A stretch of 64,000 nucleotides of DNA, taken from assembly GCA_937891825.1 (NCBI GenBank), contig CALAHN010000047.1:6055-70054 (forward strand), read 5' to 3'. Numbering within the stretch: the first letter of the stretch is position 1; every line of letters begins with the position of its first letter. The position numbers and the translations under genes were made by a program. Positions 9,440-19,828 of the stretch are shown here, piece after piece. The notes under the pieces are model-generated. The model ran no database searches and was not told the origin of the DNA. It saw nothing but the letters and a program-made list of their open reading frames with translations. The stretch comes from an uncultured Alphaproteobacteria bacterium (GTDB lineage: Bacteria; Pseudomonadota; Alphaproteobacteria; Bin95).

Positions 9440-10990
9440 ATGGGGTTGATCGCACATATCTTTGATAGCGCGCCGCCAAGAGCCGCGCTAACGCCGCCGC
9501 CTAACGGAACCCATGTTGCTATGCCAGAGATCGAACACGAACAGTCCAGCGTCTTCAATCGCGCCTGGTCCCAGATCGCCCGCACGTTTCGCGACATCGG
9601 CCCACGCAAACGCGGTTTCGATATTGCGCTGAAGCCCAATCTGCCGAAGTCGGACGAGGAACGCCTGATCGAAGCATTCCAGGAATGCATCGACGGCCGC
9701 GGCGGCGAGGTGCAGGCGCGGGCGCGGGCGGCGGCCCTGGGCCAAGCCTATCTCGCCCTGGACGATATCGGCCAGCGCCGCTTCGCCGAAGTCCTCGCGG
9801 TCAACTTCGATGTCGATCCCGCAGCCGTCGACGCCGCCATCGCCAAGGTGCAGAGCGCCGCCAACGCGGCCGAGCGCGCCGCCGCCGAAACCCTCCTCCG
9901 CGATGCGCTCGAGGCGCCGCGCATGCGCGTGCTGACCCAGTTCAACGCCCTGCCAGACGGCGTGAAGTTCCTGGTCGATCTCCGGGCCGAACTGTTGCGC
10001 TGGCAAGTCGACCGCCCGGCGCTCGCCGGCCTGCAGGACGACCTGAAGCGGCTTCTAACGCGGTGGTTCGATGTCGGCTTCCTGGAATTGCGCCAGCTTG
10101 ACTGGGACTCGCCCGCGACCCTTCTGGAGAAGCTGATCCGCTATGAGGCGGTGCATCGCATCCGGTCCTGGGACGATCTCAAGAACCGGCTCGATATGGA
10201 CCGGCGCTGCTATGCCTTCTTCCATCCGCGCATGCCGAACGAGCCGCTGATCTTCATCGAAGTGGCGCTGGTCGAAGGCATGGCCGGCGACGTTGGCGTG
10301 TTGCTTGAGGAAGTCCGGCCGGCGGATGACCCGGCCGCGGCCGACACCGCGATCTTCTATTCCATCTCAAATGCCCAGCAGGGCCTTGCCGGCATCAGTT
10401 TCGGCGATTTCCTGATCAAGCGCGTCGCCGGCAAGCTGTCGTCCGAACTGCCCAATATCAAGACGTTCGCGACGCTCTCGCCGATCCCCGGCCTGATGCA
10501 GTGGATCCGCCGCAGCCCGGACGAAGCCGGCGAGAAGCCCTTCTCGCCCGATGAGCGCGACGCGATCCGCCAGGCCATCGTCGACGCCGGCGAAACCATC
10601 GACGCGCCGACCAATGGCGTGGGGGAGATCGGCGACCTCGACCTGTTGCACGCGGCGCTCGCTGTCCCGAAATGGCATGAGAACGCCCCGCTCGCCAAAG
10701 CCCTGGAGCCCGTGCTGACCCGCCTCGCGGCCGACTATCTGTTTAACCGACGCGGCCGCGGCGGCCGCTGCCTCGATCCGGTCGCGCACTTCCATCTATC
10801 GAACGGCGCGCGCATGGAACGGCTGAACTGGCTGGGCGACGTCTCCGCCAACGGGCTGAAACAGTCCGCGGGCATGATGATCAACTACCTCTACAAGCTT
10901 TCCGAGATCGACCAGAACCACGAAAGCTATTCAGCGCCGAGCCGCAAGGTCGTCGCATCGAACGCGATCAAGGCCGCCGCCAAACGCTGA
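9440..10990 (+). CDS. Malonyl-CoA decarboxylase
   Basis: Family-typical stretches LRRWFDVGFLELRQLDWDSPATLLEKLIRYEAVHRIRSWDDLKNRLD, RRCYAFFHPRMPNEPLIFIEVAL and FYSISNAQQGLAGISFGDFLIK. Start is uncertain (ATG 9440 or ATG 9521). The 699-aa track ORF is an artefactual extension. Confidence 0.85.
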   Translation: MGLIAHIFDSAPPRAALTPPPNGTHVAMPEIEHEQSSVFNRAWSQIARTFRDIGPRKRGFDIALKPNLPKSDEERLIEAFQECIDGRGGEVQARARAAALGQAYLALDDIGQRRFAEVLAVNFDVDPAAVDAAIAKVQSAANAAERAAAETLLRDALEAPRMRVLTQFNALPDGVKFLVDLRAELLRWQVDRPALAGLQDDLKRLLTRWFDVGFLELRQLDWDSPATLLEKLIRYEAVHRIRSWDDLKNRLDMDRRCYAFFHPRMPNEPLIFIEVALVEGMAGDVGVLLEEVRPADDPAAADTAIFYSISNAQQGLAGISFGDFLIKRVAGKLSSELPNIKTFATLSPIPGLMQWIRRSPDEAGEKPFSPDERDAIRQAIVDAGETIDAPTNGVGEIGDLDLLHAALAVPKWHENAPLAKALEPVLTRLAADYLFNRRGRGGRCLDPVAHFHLSNGARMERLNWLGDVSANGLKQSAGMMINYLYKLSEIDQNHESYSAPSRKVVASNAIKAAAKR

Positions 10991-11013
10991 CCTGGCGCCG
11001 TGACGCCCATGCG

Positions 11014-11487
11014 CTACGAACGGATCGGCAAGGCCGCGCCGTATTTGATCTGCTTCAAGGCGAAGCTGGACTTGATGCTCGCGACCCCTGGCGACCGGGT
11101 CAGACGGTCCATCAGGAACCGGTGGAACGCATCCAGATCCGGCGCCACGACCCGCAGCAGGTAGTCCGCGTCGCCGGTCATCAGATAACACTCGACCACT
11201 TCCGGCCAGTTGGCGACCGCCTTGTCGAACGCTTCGAGATTGCGTTCGGTTTGGCGCTCCAGGGTAACCTGGAGGAAGACGCTGACCGGCAGGCCGACAG
11301 CGGCCGCGTCGATGATGGCGATCCGCCCCTTGATGACGCCAGCCGCCTCAAGCGCCTTGACCCGCCGGAGACAAGGCGACGGCGAGAGTCCGACCTGCCG
11401 CGCCAGATCCACATTCGATTGCCCGGCATCGGACTGGAGCGCTTTCAGAATTCGGAAGTCTGTCGCATCGAGCTGCATGTCCGCCAT
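11014..11487 (-). CDS. Lrp/AsnC family transcriptional regulator
   Basis: LDATDFRILKALQSDAGQSNVDLARQVGLSPSPCLRRVKALEAAGVI is the HTH_AsnC region, followed by a C-terminal RAM domain. Confidence 0.9.
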   Translation of the reverse strand: MADMQLDATDFRILKALQSDAGQSNVDLARQVGLSPSPCLRRVKALEAAGVIKGRIAIIDAAAVGLPVSVFLQVTLERQTERNLEAFDKAVANWPEVVECYLMTGDADYLLRVVAPDLDAFHRFLMDRLTRSPGVASIKSSFALKQIKYGAALPIRS

Positions 11488-11488
11488 A

Positions 11489-11530
11489 ATATGCCAATCT
11501 CAGTTCAACGATTGCCCGGATATGCCAATC
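11489..11530. promoter_or_regulatory. Two 11-bp direct repeats ATATGCCAATC (candidate Lrp operator) in the divergent Lrp/E1 intergenic region
   Basis: Exact copies at 11489-11499 and 11520-11530, 31 bp start to start (about 3 helical turns), between the divergent genes. Confidence 0.3.
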
Positions 11531-11619
11531 CCTAGCAAATTCCCGCACATATTCGCAATTTAATCCCGCCCAAAACCCGGTATGGTCGGGACATCATCTT
11601 CCGCGTCAGGGCATCGATC

Positions 11620-13950
11620 ATGGACAAGCAAGCGCGCACGGCGTTTTTGGAAACCCTGGCGGAACGGGTGCTATGGCTTTCAAGCTGGACGATCCATCAC
11701 GCCAACCATATCCGCCGGAACCGCGGCGGCTTGAAGGTCGGCGGACATCAGGCGTCGAGCGCATCCTGCACGCAGATCCTGACGGCGCTGTATTTCCACG
11801 CGCTCCGGCCTGAAGACAAGGTGGCGGTGAAGCCCCATGCCAGCCCGGCCTATCATGCGATCCAGTATCTGATGGGCCGGCAGTCAGAAGAAAACCTCCA
11901 GCGCTTCCGGGCGCTGGGCGGGGCGCAGGCCTATCCCTCCCGCACCAAGGACGCCGACGACGTCGACTTCTCGACCGGCTCCGTCGGCCTCGGCGCGGCG
12001 ATGACGGTGTTCGCCTCGCTCGCCCAGGATTATGTCGCGCTGCATGACGGCATGAGCGACGCGAAGCGCGGCCGCATGGTCGCGATCGTCGGCGACGCCG
12101 AACTGGACGAAGGCAATGTGTTCGAGTGCCTGCTCGAAGGCTGGAAGCATGACCTGCGCGATGTCTGGTGGGTGATCGACTACAACCGCCAGAGCCTGGA
12201 CAGCGTCGTGTCCGACCGGCTGTTCCAGCGCATCGACGGCATCTTCGAAGCGATGGGCTGGAAGGTCGTGACCCTGAAATACGGCAAGCGCCTGCATGCC
12301 GCCTTTCAGGAGCCAGGCGGCGATAGCCTGCGCGCCTGGATCGACGACTGCCCGAACTCGACATACTCGGCGCTGACCTTCAAGGGCGGCCAGGCCTGGC
12401 GTGAACGCCTGGAAAAAGAAATCGGCGACCGGCCGGGCATCCTGGACATCCTTTCCCGGCGCGACGACGCCGCGCTGGCGTTGATGATGACCAACCTGGC
12501 CGGCCATTGCCTGGAAACCCTGACCGACGCCTTCGACGAAGCCGCGAAATCCAGCACGCCGACCTGCTTCATCGCCTACACCATCAAGGGCTACGGCCTG
12601 CCGCTCGCCGGCCACCAGGACAACCACGCCGGCTTGATGACGCCGGAGCAGATGCAAGCTTTCCAGGCCGCCATCGGCGTCCCGAAAGGCGCTGAATGGG
12701 CGCCTTGGGCCGGGGTCGAGGCCAAGGCGGCGGCGCTGCAAGACTATATCGCGGCCACGCCCTTCGTCGGCAGAAAGCCGCGCATCGACCGGGCGCTCGA
12801 CATCCGCTCCGCCCTCGATTTCGAAACGCCGCCCGCCGCGACCGCATCGACCCAGGAAGGCTTCGGCCGCATTCTGGCGGAAGTCGCGCGCTCGGACGGG
12901 CCGCTGAAGGAGCGCATCGTCACCTCGTCGCCGGACGTGACGATTTCGACCAATCTCGGCGGCTGGGTCAATCGGACGGGCGTGTTCGACCGCCGCGAAC
13001 GGGCGGACGCGTTCCGCGCCGAATCCGTGCCCTCCACCCAGCGCTGGGCCGCCGGGCCGCACGGTCAGCATCTCGAGCTTGGGATCGCGGAGAACAATCT
13101 CTTTCTGGCGCTCGCGGCGCTTGGACTGACCGAACCGCTTTTCGGGCATCGGCTGCTGCCGATCGGAACGCTTTACGATCCGTTCGTGGCGCGCGGCCTG
13201 GATGCGCTGATCTATGCGCTGTATCAGGACGCCCGCTTCCTTTTGGTCGGCACGCCTTCCGGCGTCACGCTGGCGCCGGAAGGCGGCGCGCACCAAAGCC
13301 AGACGACGCCGTTGATCGGCATGGGTCTGCCCAACCTGGCGAGCTATGAGCCGGCCTATGTCGACGAGCTGACCGTCATGATGCGGCACAGTTTCCGGCG
13401 CATGGTCGATCCGAAGGGCGGGGCCACATATCTCCGCCTGTCGACACGCGCGCTCGCGCAGCCGAAGCGGCAGATGGACGACGCGCTCACCGGCGACGTG
13501 CTTGCCGGCGCCTACTGGCTGAAGCGCCCCGGCCCAGGCTGCGACATCGTCATCGCGGCCATGGGCGCATTGATGCCCGAAGCGCTGGAAGCTCACGCCG
13601 CCCTTTTGGAGGATTGCCCGGACGCCGGGCTGCTCGCCGTCACCTCGCCCGACCGCCTGCACCGGAATTGGGTCGCGGCCGAACGCCAGAACCGCCCCGG
13701 CGCCGCCCATCTGGCGGGCCTTTTCCAGGGCGTTCCGCAAGGCGCTGGCCTCGTCACCCTCGCCGACGCCCATTCGGCGACCCTGTCCTGGATGGGCGCG
13801 GCGCTCCGTCGCCCGGTCGCGCCGCTCGGCGTCGACGGCTTCGGCCAGTCGGCGGACCTGCCGGACCTGTACCGCACGCTCTCTCTCGACGCCGAGGCCG
13901 TGCTCGACGCCGCGGCGCGCCTGATCTGGCGCGCGCTGCGGGTGGCCTGA
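11620..13950 (+). CDS. Thiamine-diphosphate enzyme, homodimeric pyruvate dehydrogenase E1 (AceE)-like
   Basis: 776 aa. LKVGGHQASSASCTQILTALYFHAL, the ThDP motif IVGDAELDEGNVFECL, and a transketolase-like pyrimidine-binding C-terminal half. No E2 or E3 gene nearby. Confidence 0.8.
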   Translation: MDKQARTAFLETLAERVLWLSSWTIHHANHIRRNRGGLKVGGHQASSASCTQILTALYFHALRPEDKVAVKPHASPAYHAIQYLMGRQSEENLQRFRALGGAQAYPSRTKDADDVDFSTGSVGLGAAMTVFASLAQDYVALHDGMSDAKRGRMVAIVGDAELDEGNVFECLLEGWKHDLRDVWWVIDYNRQSLDSVVSDRLFQRIDGIFEAMGWKVVTLKYGKRLHAAFQEPGGDSLRAWIDDCPNSTYSALTFKGGQAWRERLEKEIGDRPGILDILSRRDDAALALMMTNLAGHCLETLTDAFDEAAKSSTPTCFIAYTIKGYGLPLAGHQDNHAGLMTPEQMQAFQAAIGVPKGAEWAPWAGVEAKAAALQDYIAATPFVGRKPRIDRALDIRSALDFETPPAATASTQEGFGRILAEVARSDGPLKERIVTSSPDVTISTNLGGWVNRTGVFDRRERADAFRAESVPSTQRWAAGPHGQHLELGIAENNLFLALAALGLTEPLFGHRLLPIGTLYDPFVARGLDALIYALYQDARFLLVGTPSGVTLAPEGGAHQSQTTPLIGMGLPNLASYEPAYVDELTVMMRHSFRRMVDPKGGATYLRLSTRALAQPKRQMDDALTGDVLAGAYWLKRPGPGCDIVIAAMGALMPEALEAHAALLEDCPDAGLLAVTSPDRLHRNWVAAERQNRPGAAHLAGLFQGVPQGAGLVTLADAHSATLSWMGAALRRPVAPLGVDGFGQSADLPDLYRTLSLDAEAVLDAAARLIWRALRVA

Positions 13951-14060
13951 GGCGCCGACGCGGACATTTCGCGCGCCGGCGATCTGGCGTCGCGGTCCAT
14001 CCTCCTTTAGAAATCGTCGGATGGGCATAGCGGCGGCGACCGCGTCAGCGAGGCAAGGAC

Positions 14061-14630
14061 ATGAGCTACAGCGTTGAGGCTTTCGTGGCGGATTTGCAGA
14101 AACTGCAGGCCGCCCATGCCGATCCGAAAGACATCCTGCCGGAGGTCGCGCCGCTCGCCGCCCGCCTGGCGGAGACGGCCGACTGGATCAGGCCGGAATT
14201 TTACGATGTCGACGAAAGCCAGGGCATCGGCATCACGATCCTGCACGAAGAGCCTGACAGCACGCTGCTCGTCGAAACCATTGTCTGGGCGCCAGGCAAG
14301 GGCGTGCTGCCCCACGATCACCAGACCTGGGGCGTCGTCGTCGGACTGGACGGGGTTGAACGCAACACGATCTGGCGGCGGGAGGACGATGGCCGGACTC
14401 CAGGCCGCGCCAAGCTGACGGCGCATCACGAGACCGACGTCGGGCGCGGCCAGACGATCGTCTTCATGCCGAACGACATTCACAGCGTGCGAAATCTGGG
14501 CGCGACGCCGACCCTGTCCCTGCATATCTACGGCAAGAACCTGGCGAAGGTCTCGCGCTCCGAGTTCGATCCCGCCGCGGAAGTCGTGCGCCCCTGCCCG
14601 ATCCGCGCCAAGCGCCCCGCAAGCCAGTAA
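14061..14630 (+). CDS. Cupin protein, cysteine dioxygenase type I-like
   Basis: 189 aa. The metal motif LPHDHQTWGVVVGL ... IHSVRN resembles the CDO / 3-mercaptopropionate dioxygenase family. Confidence 0.6.
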   Translation: MSYSVEAFVADLQKLQAAHADPKDILPEVAPLAARLAETADWIRPEFYDVDESQGIGITILHEEPDSTLLVETIVWAPGKGVLPHDHQTWGVVVGLDGVERNTIWRREDDGRTPGRAKLTAHHETDVGRGQTIVFMPNDIHSVRNLGATPTLSLHIYGKNLAKVSRSEFDPAAEVVRPCPIRAKRPASQ

Positions 14631-14726
14631 GTCTAAAATCCGGGGGCTGCACGCCCTTCTACGCCACGCTGTACTGGGCGTCGCCTGGACGATCAGGCGG
14701 CGCCGTTATTTTAGGAAGCCGAACAG

Positions 14727-15458
14727 ATGACCGTCATGTCGCCGCTTGCCCTGCGCTCTGCCGCGATCCTGTTGCTGGCGCTCGCAGTCCAGCCAGCGTG
14801 GGCGGAAGCGCCGAGAACGCTCCGGCCGAACGTCGAGCCGCGATTGGTCGCAGAGGCGATGCCCGCGCCGCCCAAGCCGGGCGACCAATTGACCGCGGCG
14901 CTCGATCCCGTCCCGGAGCGCAAGGCCGGGGCGATCGGCCCCTGGTATGTCGAAGGCTCGTTCGGACTTCTGAATCCGGGCAATTTTACCGACATCATGT
15001 TCCGTCCCGACCGGACGTCGATCGAGGGCGAATCCATGGCGCAGGTCGCCGTCGGCCGCGAAATCCTGGATTTCGGCGCAGGCTTTTCCGCCGAGCTCGG
15101 CTTGCTGCTCGGCCACCGGATCGATGAGGGCGGGTTCGAGGTCGCAGCGCCCTTCGCCATCGTCTTCGACGGTTTCCCCTGGCGCGACAAGCTGCCGATG
15201 CGCCTTCGCCTCGCCGTCGGGCCGTCGTTCGTCTCGGAGATCACCCCGACCGAGAAACGCAAGGCCGACAATGGCAAGGGCTCGAAGGTGCTGAACATGT
15301 TCAACCCCGAAATCGAGATCGGCGCCCCCGGCGCGCCGGAATGGTCCGGCTTTTTCCGTCTGCATCACCGCTCGGGCATATTCGGCCTGGTCGACGGCGT
15401 CACGGGCGGCTCCACCTATATGATGGTCGGCCTCCGCCATCGCTTTTCCGCAGACTGA
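14727..15458 (+). CDS. Secreted outer-membrane beta-barrel protein, lipid A deacylase (PagL)/acyloxyacyl hydrolase-like
   Basis: Signal peptide MTVMSPLALRSAAILLLALAVQPAWA. C-terminal LHHRSGIFG carries an H-x-S motif like the PagL catalytic His/Ser. Confidence 0.5.
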   Translation: MTVMSPLALRSAAILLLALAVQPAWAEAPRTLRPNVEPRLVAEAMPAPPKPGDQLTAALDPVPERKAGAIGPWYVEGSFGLLNPGNFTDIMFRPDRTSIEGESMAQVAVGREILDFGAGFSAELGLLLGHRIDEGGFEVAAPFAIVFDGFPWRDKLPMRLRLAVGPSFVSEITPTEKRKADNGKGSKVLNMFNPEIEIGAPGAPEWSGFFRLHHRSGIFGLVDGVTGGSTYMMVGLRHRFSAD

Positions 15459-15511
15459 AGCTGCCGGATCGCAGCCCCGCTATCGGCATAGACGACGCAC
15501 AGGAGGATCCC

Positions 15512-16189
15512 ATGCCCCCCTTTGACCTGGCCGAGACCGACAAGCTGCTCTCCACCACGCGCGCCGTGCGCCGCCGGCTCGATTTCGAGCGGCCTGTCGA
15601 GCGCAGCGTGCTGCTCGACTGCATTCGCCTGTCCCAGCAGGCGCCGACCGGCAGCAACCGTCAGGGCTGGCGCTGGGTCATTGTCACGGAGCCTGAGAAG
15701 CGCCTCGCGCTGGCGACGCTCTACCGGAAGGCGGCGGGCGATTATCTCCTGACCTCCGGGGCGAAGGCCGACGCCGCGGGCGCCGCCCAGACGGCCCGGG
15801 TTTATGGCTCGGCGCAGTATCTGGCCGAAAACATGGAGAAGGCGCCCGCCCTCGTCATCCCCTGCATCCGCGTCGACCATCTGCCGGAAGATCCGCCTCG
15901 GCGGGTCTGGGCGGGCCTGATCGGCTCGATCATGCCAGCGGTCTGGAGCTTCCAACTGGCGCTCCGGTCGCGCGGCCTCGGCTCGACCCTGACGACCATC
16001 CACCTGCAGCATGCCGACGAAGCGGCTGCGCTCCTCGGCTTGCCCGAAGGCCTGATGCAGACGGCGCTGCTGCCGGTCGCCTACACGAAAGGCCTGGACT
16101 TCAAGCCGGCCAAACGCCCGCCCGTCGAGGATATCGTCCACTGGGACGCCTGGGATGCAAGCCGGGACGGCCCGGGCCGCTGGGACTAG
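15512..16189 (+). CDS. Nitroreductase family protein
   Basis: MPPFDLAETDKLLSTTRAVRRRLDFERPVERSVLLDCIRLSQQAPTGSNRQGWRWVIV. AGGAGG RBS at 15501-15506. Upstream extension of the track ORF rejected. Confidence 0.8.
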   Translation: MPPFDLAETDKLLSTTRAVRRRLDFERPVERSVLLDCIRLSQQAPTGSNRQGWRWVIVTEPEKRLALATLYRKAAGDYLLTSGAKADAAGAAQTARVYGSAQYLAENMEKAPALVIPCIRVDHLPEDPPRRVWAGLIGSIMPAVWSFQLALRSRGLGSTLTTIHLQHADEAAALLGLPEGLMQTALLPVAYTKGLDFKPAKRPPVEDIVHWDAWDASRDGPGRWD

Positions 16190-16199
16190 CAGAGAAGCG

Positions 16200-18062
16200 T
16201 TACTTGCCCCGACGCCGCCGCGCCGCCTTGCGGGCGCCGCCAGCGCCTTCATCCTCGAAGAGTTCAGCCAACTGCTCCATCATCGCGCCGGCCAACTGGT
16301 CGGCGTCGAAGATCGTGACCGCCCGGCGATAGTAGCGGGTGACGTCGTGGCCAATGCCGATGGCGACCAGTTGCACCGGCGACCGCTCCTCGATCATCTT
16401 GATGACGTCGCGGAGATGCCGCTCCAGATAGTTGCCGGGATTGACCGAGAGGGTCGAGTCGTCCACCGGCGCGCCATCCGAGATCACCATCAGAATGCGG
16501 CGGTCTTCCTGGCGGGCGATCAGGCGGTCATGGGCCCAGAGCAGGGCTTCGCCGTCGATGTTTTCCTTGAGGATGCCTTCGCGCAGCATCAGGCCAAGGT
16601 TCTTGCGGGCGCGGCGCAAGGGCGCGTCGGCATCCTTGTAGATGATATGGCGCAGGTCGTTCAGGCGGCCTGGCGACGGCGGCTTGCCCGCAGCGGCCCA
16701 TTGCTCCCGAGCCTGCCCGCCTTTCCAGGCGCGCGTCGTGAAGCCCAGAACCTCGGTCTTGACGGCGCAGCGTTCCAGCGTGCGGGCCAGAATGTCCGCG
16801 CACATGGCGGCGACCGTGATCGGCCGGCCGCGCATCGACCCTGAATTGTCGATCAGGATCGTGACGCAGGTATCCCGGAACTCGGTCGACTTCTCCATCT
16901 TGTAGGAGAGCGAGTGCAGGGGGTTGGAGACGATGCGGGCCAGGCGCGCGCTATCGAGCAGGCCTTCCTCCAGATCGAACTCCCAGGACCGGGTCTGCTG
17001 CGCCATCAAGCGCCGCTGCAGCCGGTTCGCGAGCCGGGTGACCACGCCTTGCAGGTTGGCGAGCTGCTGGTCGAGATGCCGGCGCAGCCGCGCCAGCTCT
17101 TCGGGATCGCACAGCTCCTCGGCCGGGACGATCTCGTCGAATTCGCGGGTATAGGGCGTGTAGAGGCGGGCGGCGTCGAGACTGGGATCGAAGTTCGGGC
17201 GATGCTGCGGCTGCGCCTCGCCGCTTTCCTCGTCGCCCATGCCGGCCATCATTTCGGCGTCGCCGTCCTCGCCGGACATATCGTCCGTCGCGTCGGCGGC
17301 GCTTTCGTCGAATTCGCCCTGGGCGGCCATGGCGGCGGCGCTGTCGGCGTCGGTCGCTTCGGACTCCGCGTCCTGATCGCTTTCGTCGCCGTCCTCGGAG
17401 GCGTCGCCATCCTCATTGTCGGAGGAATCGGCTTCCTCCAGCACCTCGATATCGTAGAGAAGCTGGCGCATGACGTCGGCGAAAGCGGATTGGTCGTCGA
17501 TATTTTCGGCCAGACGCGCGAAGGCGCCTTCGGCTTTCGCCATCAGTTCCTCGCGCCACATGTCGACCATGCCGGCCGCTTCCGCGGGCGGCGCCTTGCC
17601 GGTGACGGCTTCGCGCGTCAACAGCGCCAGCACCTCCGCGAGCGGCGCATCGGCGCGTTCGACGACGCGGGAATAGCCCTGGCGCCGGCAGCGCTCGACC
17701 AGCGCGCCGTCCAGATTGGACGAAACGCCTTCCATCTGTATGGCGCCGATGGACTCGCAGCGCGCCTGCTCGACCGCATCGAAGGCCGCGCGCGCGACGC
17801 CGCCCGTCGGGCGGTGCGCCGCATGGGCGGCTTCGTCATGGTGACGGAGCTTGAGGGCGAGCGCATCCGCCTCGCCCCGCAGGATCGCCACTTCGCCCAT
17901 CGGCATATCGCGCGATGGGGTCGGCAGCCGGGCGGTCCGACCGTCGGTCGAGGCGGAATCGGGGCCGTATGTGACCTCAAGCTCTAGTCGCTTGCCGATC
18001 GCCCGCATCGCCGCGCCCGTATTCCGCTTGAACGCCTCTGTCGGCGACTCCGCTTCAGCCAT
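16200..18062 (-). CDS. cobT: Aerobic cobaltochelatase subunit CobT (vWA-domain protein)
   Basis: 620 aa with an acidic central tract and a C-terminal vWA/MIDAS region ([13 protein letters not shown]). Immediately downstream of cobS. Confidence 0.85.
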   Translation of the reverse strand: MAEAESPTEAFKRNTGAAMRAIGKRLELEVTYGPDSASTDGRTARLPTPSRDMPMGEVAILRGEADALALKLRHHDEAAHAAHRPTGGVARAAFDAVEQARCESIGAIQMEGVSSNLDGALVERCRRQGYSRVVERADAPLAEVLALLTREAVTGKAPPAEAAGMVDMWREELMAKAEGAFARLAENIDDQSAFADVMRQLLYDIEVLEEADSSDNEDGDASEDGDESDQDAESEATDADSAAAMAAQGEFDESAADATDDMSGEDGDAEMMAGMGDEESGEAQPQHRPNFDPSLDAARLYTPYTREFDEIVPAEELCDPEELARLRRHLDQQLANLQGVVTRLANRLQRRLMAQQTRSWEFDLEEGLLDSARLARIVSNPLHSLSYKMEKSTEFRDTCVTILIDNSGSMRGRPITVAAMCADILARTLERCAVKTEVLGFTTRAWKGGQAREQWAAAGKPPSPGRLNDLRHIIYKDADAPLRRARKNLGLMLREGILKENIDGEALLWAHDRLIARQEDRRILMVISDGAPVDDSTLSVNPGNYLERHLRDVIKMIEERSPVQLVAIGIGHDVTRYYRRAVTIFDADQLAGAMMEQLAELFEDEGAGGARKAARRRRGK

Positions 18063-18081
18063 GACTGATATGCCGACCTTT

Positions 18082-19092
18082 TTAGGAAGCGCGCTTCATG
18101 CCGGAGACCGCCGCTTCCGGCAGATCCACGCCAAACACACGCTGATAGTATTCCGCCACGACGGAGCGCTCGGCCTCGTCGCACTTGTTCAGGAACGTCA
18201 GCCGGAAGCCGAGGGCGAGATCGTTGAAGATCCGCGCATTCTCGGCCCAGGTGATGATCGTCCGGGGGGACATGACGGTCGAAAGATCGCCGGCCATGAA
18301 GCCATTCCGGGTCAGTTCGCCGAGACGCACCATCTTGCCCGCCAGGACCTCGCCTTCCTTGTTCCGAAGATGCGGCGACTTGGCGAGGATGATCTTCACC
18401 TCTTCCTCGTGCGGCAGGTAATTCAGCGCGACGACGATGTTCCAGCGGTCCATCTGGCCCTGGTTGATCTGCTGAACGCCGTGATAGAGGCCGGTGGTGT
18501 CGCCGAGGCCGACCGTGTTGGCGGTCGCGAACATCCGGAATTGCGGATGCGGGCGGATGACGCGGTTCTGGTCGAGCAGCGTCAGCTTGCCCTCGACTTC
18601 GAGGATACGCTGAATGACGAACATCACGTCTGGACGGCCGGCGTCATACTCGTCGAAGACCAGCGCCGTCGCGTGTTGCAGCGCCCAGGGCAGCATGCCT
18701 TCGCGGAACTCGGTCACCTGGACGCCGTCCTTCAGGACGATGGCGTCGCGGCCGACAAGGTCGATACGGCTGATGTGGCTGTCCAGGTTGACGCGGATAC
18801 ACGGCCATTTCAGCCGCGCGGCCACCTGTTCGATATGGGTCGACTTGCCGGTGCCGTGGTAGCCCTGGACCATGACCCGACGGTCGAAAGCGAAGCCCGC
18901 GATGATCGCCATCGTGGTTTCGTAATCGAAGTGATAATCGGCGTCGAAATCAGGCACATAGTCGCTCGCCTCGCTGTACGCGGGCACGACAAGATCGTTG
19001 TCCAGGCCGAACAGGTCACGGACGGAAACCTCGATATCGGGAGCTGCGGTCAATCCAGCGGCCTGAATCACGGTCTGAGGCGAATTGGTCAT
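18082..19092 (-). CDS. cobS: Aerobic cobaltochelatase subunit CobS (MoxR-like AAA+ ATPase)
   Basis: [14 protein letters not shown]...[32 protein letters not shown] contains the Walker A motif. 336 aa from the internal ATG at 19092. Confidence 0.9.
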   Translation of the reverse strand: MTNSPQTVIQAAGLTAAPDIEVSVRDLFGLDNDLVVPAYSEASDYVPDFDADYHFDYETTMAIIAGFAFDRRVMVQGYHGTGKSTHIEQVAARLKWPCIRVNLDSHISRIDLVGRDAIVLKDGVQVTEFREGMLPWALQHATALVFDEYDAGRPDVMFVIQRILEVEGKLTLLDQNRVIRPHPQFRMFATANTVGLGDTTGLYHGVQQINQGQMDRWNIVVALNYLPHEEEVKIILAKSPHLRNKEGEVLAGKMVRLGELTRNGFMAGDLSTVMSPRTIITWAENARIFNDLALGFRLTFLNKCDEAERSVVAEYYQRVFGVDLPEAAVSGMKRAS

Positions 19093-19135
19093 GTACGTCT
19101 TCCGGCTAGAGGGGAGATGAAGAAGAATGTGAAGC

Positions 19136-19714
19136 TCATGCGCCCAAGGCGCGCTTGAGCACTCTATAGGCATTATTGATCGTTTTTAAACGCTCTTCCG
19201 CCGCCGGGGAACCACCGTTCGCATCCGGATGCCAGCGTTTGACTAAAGCCTTATAGCGCATTTTCAGATCGGCTGCGTCGAAATCGTCGTCCAGTTCCAT
19301 ATCGAGTTGCGCGGCTGCTTCGGGGCTCGCGGGCGGGAAGCGCCGGACGCGCGGCCGGTCCTCGCCAAGCTCGGAAAAAGCCGCGAGCGGATCCTCGAAG
19401 CCGAAGCTCGCGGCGGCGGCCTTGGCGCCCCTGCCGCCGAGCGCCCAGGTCGGCCGGCGCCAGAGCGCATCGAGCCTGCGGTCGGCCTCGATCTCGTCGG
19501 CGTTCATGCCGCGATAATAGTCCCACCCGGCATTGTAGGCGCGCACATGAGCCAGGCAAAAATAGCGATAAGGCCTTGGTTGATCGCGATTTCTAGGCGC
19601 GGGAAATGCGCCGCCGTCCGTGCAGCCCGGGGCATCGCAATGCCTGGGCGCCTCGGCTGGACGGGCGTTCGCGAAGCTGTCCGCTTCGAACGCATCTGTC
19701 ATTCGTCTGCGCAT
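19136..19714 (-). CDS. J-domain (DnaJ-like) protein
   Basis: C-terminal J domain [20 protein letters not shown]...INNAYRVLK with the HPD motif. Directly upstream of cobS. Confidence 0.8.
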   Translation of the reverse strand: MRRRMTDAFEADSFANARPAEAPRHCDAPGCTDGGAFPAPRNRDQPRPYRYFCLAHVRAYNAGWDYYRGMNADEIEADRRLDALWRRPTWALGGRGAKAAAASFGFEDPLAAFSELGEDRPRVRRFPPASPEAAAQLDMELDDDFDAADLKMRYKALVKRWHPDANGGSPAAEERLKTINNAYRVLKRALGA

Positions 19715-19828
19715 CGCTGGAGTATGATATCGCCCCCCAAAGCTGGCAAGACAGCGCTTGCTTTGCAGCCATTGGCAATTCGACTAACGTCCGAGGCTGG
19801 ACGATTCAGAGGGGGAAGCGCGCACACA

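Noticed and set aside
9425-9440. TGGCAC upstream of the malonyl-CoA decarboxylase
   Set aside because: There is no TTGC element at the required spacing (the sequence is TGGCAC-TCTGG-TCAGA).
11884-14028. 714-aa minus-strand ORF
   Set aside because: It is antisense to the AceE-like E1 gene, which has a ThDP motif. No motifs, Arg/Gly-rich.
19744-19764. TGGCAA...TTGC sigma-54-like sequence upstream of the 2-hydroxyacid dehydrogenase
   Set aside because: The GG-to-GC spacing is 15 nt instead of 12, which is incompatible with a -24/-12 promoter.
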